This document shows positions 12,050 through 22,250 of a stretch of DNA of 64,000 nt, in pieces; position 1 is the stretch's first letter; every line of letters begins with the position of its first letter. The notes below the pieces were generated by a model. That model ran no database searches and was not told where the DNA came from. It saw only the letters and a list, made by a program, of their open reading frames with translations. Origin of the DNA: Camelus ferus. Its lineage: Eukaryota. The translations under genes were made by a program, and so were the position numbers. Location of the stretch: positions 1,366,001 to 1,430,000 of the forward strand of contig NC_045698.1 of assembly GCF_009834535.1 (NCBI RefSeq), written 5' to 3'.

Positions 12050-12830
12050 TATGCTGTATGTGTTGGCAGATACCCAGCTCTCTGAAGACTTGTGTGTAAA
12101 TACATATGAAAGTTTTAAGATAAATTTTACTGACATAAAGGGTGTACAGCACATAATTGACAAATAATAATAAACCGTGCAACGCTCTCTGTCGTAAATG
12201 CCGCACCAAAATTGATTCTCAGAGGGCTTGTTGGATTTGCTAAGTTCTTGACTGTGGCCAACGTGTGGCTGCAATTGGCTGTGGACCTCAACGTTGAATC
12301 TGTGTCGGAAGCTCACCGTTCTGCTGGTGGGCAAATCTTCGCTGAATCGAACAACAGTTCTCACACACTGGAAGAATCCTTCCTCCCTTTGTTGTGCTGT
12401 TCACAGTAAAATGGCTATGGACACAGCGCTTTTAAGTTTATATGCATGTTTAATGTCTTCTCCATCAATTTTATAAGTCTAGACGGTCAATAAAACATAG
12501 CAACTAAAGCCTGACGGGGAGAGCTAGCCAGTGTCCGCGGCGTGAACGTCCCCGGACGGCGGCTGACTTCACTACGGCGGAGCGTGGCGCTGGGGAGGCT
12601 CAGTGTCCGTGGAGTGGGGACCAGGCAGTGTCCCCACCACACAGGGTGCAGGAGGCTCAGAACACACGTGATAGTGAAAGAATTAGGAGTGACAGGTTTT
12701 CCTCTTGAAATGTAACTGATTTACTTTTACATAATTTAATTTTACACAATTGCCATTTTTACCAGCCGGCTTGCAAAGGTCCTGATGTGTAAGTGTCGGT
12801 GCTCATGGGTGACGTGAAAATTCACACACA
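12050..12830. mobile_element. hAT DNA transposon remnant, MER63-like (long form)
   Basis: Three blocks match my recalled MER63 consensus: ttttactgacataaagggtgtacagcacataattgacaaataataataaa; aattgattctcagagggcttgttggatttgc; ataatttaatttt...ccagccggcttgcaaaggtcctga. Shares sequence with the copy at about 56150-56540. Confidence 0.65.
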
Positions 12831-12889
12831 GGACGGAGTGCTTCCTCTGCCACGTTTCCACACCCAGATTTTTGTTCACTTTATGAATT

Positions 12890-13150
12890 GAAATGAGTAG
12901 CTTTTCTGTGTGTTTTTTTCAGGTTTCTTTTAATTTATACGATATTGAAATAAAATGTTTCTCAAAGTTTTGATAGAATTAGCCAATAAATTCACCTTGC
13001 CCTAGAAATCACTATAGAAAAGACTCTTTGATGTTTTAAATTCTATTCATCATTACTGGTCACCCCAAAGTTCCTTCATCTTGAGTTAATTTTGGTCATT
13101 TTTATTTGCCAGAGAATTATAAATTGTACTGATGTATTCAAATCAGTAAT
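12890..13150 (-). mobile_element. Ancient L1M ORF2-region fragment
   Basis: T-rich sequence with ttgatagaattagccaataaattcacc and ttgagttaattttggtcatttttatttgcc, typical of antisense old L1. Confidence 0.55.
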
Positions 13151-13499
13151 TAAAAAAGAAACTGCCCTTTAATTAATCCTTATAATCTTTCACAACATCC
13201 TGGACACTCTCCAACTGGCCCCCACCTTCCCCGCTCTGGGTCCTGGTCCCTCTCATGGGAATGTGCCCCTCCCCTGCCCCGAGGGCAGCCTTCTCCCTTC
13301 CCCGGGCTGAGGAAGCAGCCAAGGTGGCCTGGAGCTCGGCTTTGTTTTAAACGCATCATGCTTCAAGCTTCAGAAGAAGGTGTAGCTGGAGTTAAGAGAA
13401 CTGACCATCAGCGGTCTGCCTAGGTTCTCACGTAGAGAGAAGAGTCAGTGTTAGCTCTGTCCCTGGGCCCACGTGCCATCAGCCGGCCTGCAGACCACA

Positions 13500-13810
13500 C
13501 GCACTCACCGGAGTGTTTACTGACGTCCTACTGTGTGCTCAGCCACGGGGCCAGGCCCGCCTGTCTGCTGAGTGTGGGGACGATGGAGGCCACCTGATAC
13601 CCGGCTGCAGACATGGGGGCTGCTCGAGGGCCTGGGGGGCGGTGGACAAGCAGGTGAGGGGCCTCAAGGAAGGGGAGGGCTGCCCTCAGCAGGGAGGACC
13701 CACTGAAGGATTTTCTGAGGAAAGGGGAAGCGGGCACGGTACAGACACATCCTTGGGGGAGGGCCTCATGGGGGGAGGGGACGTCAGGGGCCAGAGCCCC
13801 CGGGCCTCGC
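13500..13810 (-). mobile_element. Decayed L2 fragment
   Basis: cactcaccggagtgtttactgacgtcctactgtgtgctcagccac resembles the antisense L2 terminus (cattcaacaaatatttactgagcacctactgtgtgccaggcac). Confidence 0.5.
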
Positions 13811-13849
13811 TGTGGGAGGCCAGGCACCACTCCATCCACTCGATTTCTT

Positions 13850-13983
13850 CTATGTTTTGTTTTTTGTTTTTTGTGGGGGGACATAATTAGGTTTATCTAC
13901 TTACGTATGTTTTTAGAGGAGGCACGGGGGCTGAACCCAGGGCCTCGTGCACGCTAAGCGCACCTGCCATGAGCGGTGCCCCC
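13850..13983 (-). mobile_element. tRNA-Ala-derived SINE (camelid Vic-1-like)
   Basis: Minus strand reads gggggcaccgctcatggcaggtgcgcttagcgtgcacgaggccctgggttcagccccc (tRNA-Ala(AGC)-like head with B box), then A-rich linker, aaacctaatta motif and A-rich tail. Flanked by direct repeat TCGATTTCTT (13840-13849, 13991-14000). Confidence 0.85.
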
Positions 13984-14689
13984 AACTGCTTCGATTTCTT
14001 GATTGTTCATTCAGGTTAAGAATTTTGGTGTCTTCAAGGTGCACTCAAAACCTGATTTGGCACAAAAATATTTGAATTATTTGATTCTTTTCAGTTGCAG
14101 ATGGTCCACCAAACTGAGTGGTCACCACGCGTCCCCTCAGACCAGCCGCCCTGGTCCCCTGAGGCGCCACCGCTGGGAGGGCCGTCTCCAGGGGGCTTCG
14201 CACTGGCAGCTCCTGGTCCTCCCGTTCCTGGTTCAGCCACGTGGACCTGCTGGTGGTTCCAGGCCCTCACCGGTCCCCCCGGGCTCCTCCCGGCAGGTGA
14301 GGGCGACGTGCCTCCCTCGTCCCCATCGCTCAGGGGCCTGTGCACCTTGTCACCACAGCCCAGCACGTGCCTCCACCTGCACCCAGCACACGGCCCTGCA
14401 CAGAAAGAGGTGGGATGCTGGGCATGAGGAAGGGACGGCGAGTTCATCAAACTCAAAGGAAAAATAGGGGACTTAAAAATGTCTCTGAGTCTCTTGGGCA
14501 AAGGGAATTAAATTATTCAGATCTTCCCCAACCTCTTCCACTGCCTTCCTGAGAGGCGCAGCTGGACTCTCAACGTGCACATTTAAGCCTGGGTCGTGTG
14601 TGTTACACCAATTAAGTTGTTATTCAGAGAAGGGGCTAAAAGTTCAGTTAAATTCTGAAGGAGAGGGAGTGACAGTGGCCGAGTCACAT

Positions 14690-14795
14690 TCAGCTGTGAG
14701 TGTCTTTGTTTTTCCATCTGTAAATCAGAATATTTTATCTCAACTTGGTGCACGGAACATCACCTAAGAGAAAGTGGATGCTTGTGAAACCACAT
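14690..14795 (+). mobile_element. MIR fragment
   Basis: ctttgtttttccatctgtaaatcagaata resembles the MIR core (ctcagtttcctcatctgtaaaatgggaata). Confidence 0.5.
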
Positions 14796-16449
14796 AAACC
14801 TCAAGCGCCTGAGACTTGCAGGACGCAGGCCGGTTTCTCAGCCCAGATGCTCACACGCCCCCGGGGAAGGCTGCTCTGAAAATCTCAACCAATGTGTTTC
14901 CCAAAGGGAGCCCAGGGGCTGCTGACCTCAGCAGGGTCTGGCACGCTGGGGCCCACGGCTGGCCCGGTGTTGACCGCTAGCAGGAAGGGAGGGGCTGGGA
15001 GCTGGCTGGCGTGGGGCTGGACCACCGACCACGGGGCAGCCTGTGTCCACAGGAGAGCGCTCAGTGTGGAGGAGCTCCTCGAAGCCGAGGTGAGGGCCAG
15101 GCTCCCAGGGCAAAGGGAGACGCGGTCCCTGAGGAAGTCGAGGTGACCGCGTTTCTTTCCAAGAGAACAGAGCTCAGGCCGCGTGCACTGTCTGCACAGC
15201 TGTTCTGGTGGGCACTTCTAGCTGCTCAGTACATAAATACAATTGTGCGTTAACCCCATGCCACAAGGGAACCTGACTCGTACGCGTTCCTTAGAAAGGA
15301 AAGCTCGTGGCTGGACGTGATTTCCCCCTTTGCTGGGCAGAGCCCCCCGACATCCTGGAGGGTCCCCAGGGCCGGGAGGAGGTGCAGGAGCCGGGAGAGC
15401 CGCCCTCCGTCAGCCAACGAGTGTGTGTGTCCTCCCACCTGGCCGGGAAGGGCTCCCTCACCTCCAAGGCCAATACACCGCCTTTCAGCGACGGCGGGCC
15501 GTCCAAAGGGGCTGGAGGGTGTGGTCAGCCTTGGGCCCTGCGCCGGGAGGTGGAGGGACTGGGCCGTGGAGACAGAGGCAGGGAGCGGAGCCTTCCCAGG
15601 CGTGGATATCTCCAGGCCAGGCCCTGAAGGCGGGCGTGGGCCAGGCTGGGAAGGCCTGCAGGGACCACAGCGTCTCCACCCTGTCAGGCTCTGGGCAGCC
15701 CTGCTGGACAGGCAACCCATTTAAACCCACTTGCCCAGAGTTTCCAAACTTACTGATCCAAGTGGCCTCTTTCATGAGCCTAACACACCCGTGAGAAGCC
15801 GTGGGATTCTGAGGGCAACGCCGCCATGCCCGGGCTGGCGCCGCCGGCTCCCCATGTCCGTGGACGGCCCTCCCTGCTCGAAGCCAGGGGGGCGGCTGAG
15901 CTCCGGGTTCTGCTGCATCAGAAAGCCCTTGCTCTGCCAAATCAGGTCATCTCAGCGGAGTTCGAAGCACCAGCAAGTCCTTGGCTACGGAGTCTAACAA
16001 CTTCCTCTGCTGTCCTGGGTGGGGCGTGTCCAGCCCCGGCCTGGACGCTGGCCGTAACGACTCAGCCTTGTGCCCAAATACCAGCCAAACCGGAGGGAAG
16101 GAGGTGTCCTCCAGGAGCAGAGCCGTCTTGTCCTGGATGCGGACGGAGGAGGTGGAGGGGAGGATGTGTGATCCGGGGAGGGGTCCCGGGGCTACTCCCA
16201 CCTGACTTGGGGTCTCCAGCCGGGGGGCCCCCAGCCTCTCCCCCGGCCCCACATCTGCACAACCTCCTCAGCTGCTCTCTCCTCACTCTGTGGCCTTTTC
16301 TCTCTCTTGAAAAAAATGTTTTGAACACCTTTTCCTTTGGCTAGAGAGGCCCGAGGGTGCGGGCTTCTGTCTGACCCTCCCGGCTGCTTCTGGTGGAGAC
16401 CCTCCCGCTCGGATCCGGGTCAGACAGCACCGCCAGCTGGCCCGGCTGC

Positions 16450-16760
16450 CAATCTGTAATGTTCCTGGCCATGATTAATCTGATAAATAATAAATATATC
16501 AATCTAGTCTCTTAGACAAGGACAAATTCTTACCAGCAGGGAGGCAGGAGGCCTCTTCTCCAGCTGCCTGTAGTGCTGGGATTAATTATTTAATGCTTAA
16601 TTCTTCGGGAAATGAGAAAGTTTTGATTAATGCTGTCCAGTGTCGTTTCTTGCTTGTTTGATGTGTGTCGGATGATTTTTCCTCGCCAGTCGCTCTGAAG
16701 AAGCCAGAGGCTGCTGTCAGGGGATCAGACACCGAACTTCCAGAGATTAATTGAAGTGAA
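16450..16760. promoter_or_regulatory. Candidate enhancer with repeated GATTAAT homeodomain sites
   Basis: TGATTAAT 16472, TGATAAAT 16481, GGATTAATTA 16579, TGATTAAT 16624, AGATTAATTG about 16745. Confidence 0.4.
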
Positions 16761-19314
16761 GACTTAGAGAAAAACACCCTGGGTGCCCGCCTGACATAGC
16801 CTTTTCTCAGGCTAAACTCGGCTCCGTCCGGGGTGTTGGCCTCCCCGCTTCCTTATGTAAAACTCTGACTTTCCAGGCAGTTGAAAACCCTTGTTTGGTT
16901 TCCAGGAGGAATTTTTCCCTAAAGCTCCCTCCCAGGTCGGCAGGATTGAGATACTCGCTTGGCAGGTAGTGCATCCGTAATCCTGTCTCTGGTAAAATAA
17001 GAACGGATGGCCATCCAAGGTCCATGTTTCTTTTTGACCCTGAGGCCAGTGCTTACATGAATTTGGACTCAAAACCTGCTCTGCAGGCTGTTCAAATCCA
17101 GCTCCAAAGCGCAGTGCCCTTGGTCTCAATTTACGGTGACAAATAATGTCCTGATCTTCTCGTCTGCCCTGGAAGTTCACAGTCCCAGAGCGCTGAATTA
17201 CAAACAAGATAATACAATTAACCTCATTTCAGAATACCCTGACTGACTTCAGTTCTAAACACACCCTGCCCACTGGGTCTGGAATTTCCTCTCGAACATT
17301 TATGTCTTACCTTCTTTTAGCGACAGGAACTGAGAGGCACTTGCTCGTGCAAGAGGGAGGCGCCCGGGAGACTTGAGGACGAGAGTCCAGGAGTCGCAGC
17401 GAGGACTGGTTTCCTCCAGGCTCCGACACCCCTGGGGCTGCAGGCGCTCCCCACTCTCCAAGTAACTAACTCTTCTTAAGACTCCTCCCTCCCTGATTCC
17501 TGAGGGTGGGAACGTTCTGGGGCCTGAAGCTCAACGAACCCCTCACCCTGGCGGGCCTCGGGCTCGGGCCAGCGCCCCTCTGTTTTCTCCCAGGTCCTCT
17601 GGTCCCTGCGTCACCTGGAGACTTGGAGCTGGGAGCCCCCGAGGGCACATCGGCCTGCCTGGCCCCGTGGCCGCGAGATGGAGCGAGTGCCTGGAAGGCG
17701 GTGGAGACGCAGGTCAGGGTAAGGTCGCCCACAGGATGCCTCCTTAGATGTGTGCCTCCGGCTCGCTGGGAGAGAGGGGAGGCGCCAGAAGCACGTGAAT
17801 CACGACGCTGGGAGCGAGGGGACCACGCCGCCACCAGCTCAGAGAACCCCGGGAGAGGGACAGAGAACCGCAGAGAAGACGTTTCACATATGGTGTGTGG
17901 TGGTTCAGTTTTGACACGTGGAAGAGTTCATAGGTTGTACTGAGTCTTTTAAAATAGTCTTTTGAAATATCACCAGCCTGCGAGTGCCCCCCTGGGACGC
18001 CCGCACGGTCCCGAGAAGCAGGGCTTCCCGGGGGAGGAGGGGGCCTGCGCTTCCCTCTCACTCGCACCCTTCCTGCCGCACACGCTGGCTTTTGGCCTCA
18101 TGCGGACTCCCGGCTCATACAGGTGTCCCCAGTGTCCCCTGTGCTCAGTGCCCGGAAAGAACTGGGACTCATGGGAGATCAGGGGAGCAGAGCAGGCACT
18201 TCCTCCCCAGATCCCACATCTGCTCGTTCCTTGGAGGAGCGGGCTGAGCGGGACCGACGGGAGTGTCCCTCGGACTCCGAGAGGTGGACTTGGAATAGTT
18301 TTCCAACCTCACGAGCACTTGGCAATTAGACCCAGTGCAGAAGAAATACCCACACGTGTGACCTGCTTCCACACGTGGCCCTTAGAAGGTGTGGGAGACG
18401 GCGCCCTGAAGCCCACCCCTCCCCGGGCAGAATGGACAGCCTGCGGGCGCTCCTGGGGCAGCGGGGACTGGCTGACCCATCTCCCCGGCCACCGTGCTGG
18501 ACGGCTCATCTCCCGCCCCACCCCTCTGGGCCCTCTGCTCTCACCTCCTCCAGGCTCCCCGGCCCCTAACCCCAGACTGCGGGGGAAGCGGGCAGCGCAG
18601 ATGTAGGGTCACCAGCACCCGGATGCCGGCGGGCCCGGGTCCCTGCTGTTGGGGGTGCTGTGTGGGTGACAGGATGTAACCTGCAGGGCGGGCCCCCCTG
18701 CCCTCTGGGTGGGTCCCTGAGGCCCCTGTGAGGCAGCAGCGCCCAGCAGCGGTGGCCTGCCTGGTGTCTCCCAGGGCCCCGCACACCATCACCAGGGCTC
18801 ACTGAACCGGGTCAGACCTGCTCACGTCTGTTGAGGGTGAGGGCGAGGGGCACGGAGACCCCTGACATGGCCGGTCAGGTCACCTGCCACTTGCACAGTG
18901 TTGCCCCCACTTCAGACCCTGGCGCCGTCTCTTCCCCTGTGCACCCTGCCCCACCCGGCCCTGGTCCCGGGGCTCTGCTGCCTCCCCCCGCAACCTGACC
19001 ACCTGAAGGGGCGCCGGCCCAGGGCTCCACCCCGCAAGGGTCAGCCAAGCCCCCCCGAGCCCCTTTGAAGGGGGTTTGTTTAGGGAATTTGTATTTTCCG
19101 CTGCTTTCTTCTTGGACCTATTTGCATTTTAAATAATTAAAACATTAAAACTGAAAAATTTATAAATGAGAGCTGCTAAGAGATTCCTGCCTGGCAGACA
19201 ATAGAAAAGAAATGACTGCCCTGTTAGGCTGGCTGCAATGTCCTACCTGTCACCCTCCCTGAGGAGCTCCACAGCCACGGCCGGGACCTGGGGCACATGC
19301 ACTGCGTGGCAGCC

Positions 19315-19605
19315 CACAGACACACACAACACACACACACAGCACGGACACACACACGGCATAGAGACACAGACACACACGATGGACACTCAGGCACACA
19401 GACACACAACACAGACAAACAACACAGACACACACAGACACACAACACAGACGAACAACACAGACACACAACACAGACTCACACACAACACAGACACAAC
19501 ACAGACCAACACACAACAGCACACACAGGCACCCATAGAGACTCACAACACAATGCACAGACACACACAACACACACAACGCAGACACACACACAGACAC
19601 ACAGA
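19315..19605 (+). repeat. Degenerate (CA)n/(CACAGA)n/(CACAA)n repeat
   Basis: Directly visible. Confidence 0.95.
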
Positions 19606-19789
19606 CTCCCCGGCACCCCCCCCACCGCAGGCACGCGTCCTGGGGCCCCTCCTGCTCTGTCCCCAGGACCGTCTCTGGTAAGGACTTTGATGGCACCCTG
19701 TAAGTAGCCTAATCAGAGCCCCAGCAGGTCCCAGGAGCGTGCGGTCCCCCCACCTTGTCCTTCTCACTGGAGGTTCCTCGGGGGCGGGC

Positions 19790-20240
19790 GGGGTGACAGG
19801 CGCTCGGCCAGCATGGCCGGCCTGGTTGTAACAAGCGTCGGGACACTAGGAGCCACAAAAGCCGGCCTGGCCACATCATCAATCACTGTGCTGACAGGCG
19901 CCTTCAGTTTGTTTGTTCCACTCTGCATAATAAGTGATTGGATCAGGTTTAATTAGATATTGGGTAATCAATCATTGCCAACAAGGCAACCCAGCTTGGG
20001 ATCTAGATGCTGGAAGGGAAAAGGGAAAAATAAAACCCTGCAAATCTCATCTCGTGCGCAGAGGCAGCCCACCCCAGGAGTGCTTGCCGTGGCGTGTGGC
20101 CGAGGAGCGCGGGGCAGGATAATTCACAGCTGGGCGGCCGGCTCCCAGACAGCACCGGTGACATTTCACTTTGGCTGCATAATTACTTTTCAATATAATA
20201 TAATATGCAGACCTGAGGGAGGAAGGAAAAGCAATTAAAT
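19790..20240. promoter_or_regulatory. Candidate PBX-HOX/MEIS enhancer
   Basis: Two TGATTGAT sites on the minus strand (19878-19885, 19967-19974), TGACAG at 19794 and 19892, TAATTA at 19950. Confidence 0.45.
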
Positions 20241-20992
20241 CACACACGGCCCGTGCTCCTGCCACTGTCCCCAGAAGTGACCAGAAGCTGTCGTTCAGTG
20301 CAGAACGGCTTAAGGTGGAAGTCTGACACCACGGAGATGACGGTGCCTCTTCGGGGCCCCTGTTCAGTGCAGGAGCCTCCGAAGACCCCAACTTGGCATC
20401 CATCATCAGCTCCGAAAGTCTCAGACCATATTCCTGCTCTCCCTTCAGGAGCCAGGACCCGCCAGCTCAATGGAGCCATGGAGATCGCTGACCTGAACTG
20501 GGGAGACTTATTCATTTGCAAACTACACTGAGCCTCACAAGTAGAAGTAACAGGGAGCACCACTGAATTCATCCTTCCGATGTCAAAGGTTATGTTTATT
20601 CTCATAGAAATCTAATTAGACACAAAGGCAAGCCAGTCTATTATGAACCTGGGGACTCAGAGGGTTCACTGAGGGTCAGCAGGCAGACCCTGGCAGCCCT
20701 CACTGAGCATTGTGCCAGTGGTACCTCCAGTAACTTCTTTGTAATAAAATGGAAACACCCATCCTGATTCTGATTGCTTCTGAGCAGAGGAGTGAACGCC
20801 TCCAGCTCCTGGAAGGACAAACCCTTGACATCCCTTGATGATGAAGTGAGGAAGCGTCTCTCTCCCCTCCTGTCCTCCCACGTCATAGGCAGGGTCCTCC
20901 CTCATGGTAAGGCACCCATCACTCACCTGGAAGAGGACAGATGCAGGCACATCATAGGAAAACCAACAATTCTGTGATGGGTGGAAGTTCCT

Positions 20993-21413
20993 GAGTGAGT
21001 GAGTAGATGGATGGATGATGGATAGATGGTGGATGGATGGATGGTGGAAGGATGGACAGTTAGATGAATGGATGGGTGTATGGGTGGATGAGTAGGCAGG
21101 TGGGTGGGCAAATGGATGGATGAGTGGATGGGTGGATGTGTACATGCATGGGTGGGTGAGTGGGTGGATGGGTGGGGAGGGTGTGGGATGGATGAATGGT
21201 GCGTGTATGGCTGGCTGGATGGGTACATGAATGAATGAGTAGGTGGGTGGGTGGGTGGATGAGTGGATGGTGGATGGATGGATGGGTGGGTGGGTGGGTG
21301 GGTGGATGAGTACATAGGTAGATGGGTAGGTGGGTAGATGGATGGTGGATGGATGGGTGAATGAGTGGATGGTGGATGGATGGATGGATGGGTGGGTGGG
21401 TGGGTGGATGGAT
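20993..21413 (+). repeat. Degenerate (GGAT)n/(GGGT)n tetranucleotide array
   Basis: Directly visible, about 420 bp; explains the His/Pro-rich ORFs on the minus strand. Confidence 0.95.
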
Positions 21414-22084
21414 GCTGCTAGTCTGGTGAAGACTTGCGTCCATGTCCTTGCACAAGGCTTGCTATCCGTAGAGTGATGCTTCAGCTAAGAAAGGATAGGT
21501 GACTGACGGTGTGTCAGTGAGGACGGGGACTATTAGCCACCCAAGCAGCTCCCCACTTACAGAGACGGAAAACACGGACCCTTTTGGATTAAGTAACCAA
21601 CTGAAATGTAATTTGGGCATATCTGTTTTTGATATTTGATTGGCCGTCCTATGGAGACAGGATTGGCTGTTTTACCAGGCAATGGAACATCAAGTAAACG
21701 GTGGTAACTAACGCCTGCTACGTTCACTGCAGAGTCTGAAGATATGGGGGCCAAGAGCCCTCCTTGGGGAGGTCAGCCTATCACCAGTTTTGGGATTCGA
21801 GGTGTGATGTGTGCCCCCCCTCCCCGTGAACACCTCTCCCCATGCCCTGCTCCCTGGCCCGCAGCCGTGGTACCTCTGCTCCCCTCGCCTCCCCAGGGCC
21901 GAGGAGAGTCCCCAGGCCCTTGCACTGGAGCCCCTTCCTCTGTGAGTGGCCCAGCCTGGGCCCTTGTTTCTCAGCAGCCAGCCGTCCTCCCTGTGGAGAA
22001 GAGACGGCTCGTTAATTGAGGTGCTGGGAGTGTGCTTTGGGTGACAGTGCGGGTAGCCCCCTTCCCGCTATGTGCAGTGAATCA

Positions 22085-22250
22085 TGTATGGGGCGCCTGT
22101 GGGTGTGTGGGGTGAACGCGGGGTCCGTGGGGTGCATGCGGGTGCAGTGCAGGTGCATATGGGGCGTGTGGGTGCACACAGGGGAGGTGGGGTGAACTTG
22201 AGGGCTGTGGGTGCATGTGGGCGAGGTGGGGCTCATGGGTGCATGTGGCT
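22085..22250 (+). repeat. G/T-rich degenerate minisatellite-like tract (gtggggtgca-like units)
   Basis: Repeated gtgggtgca/gtggggtg motifs. Confidence 0.6.

Noticed and set aside
20666..21455. His/Pro-rich ORFs
   Set aside because: They are translations of the (CCAT)n/(CCCA)n array.
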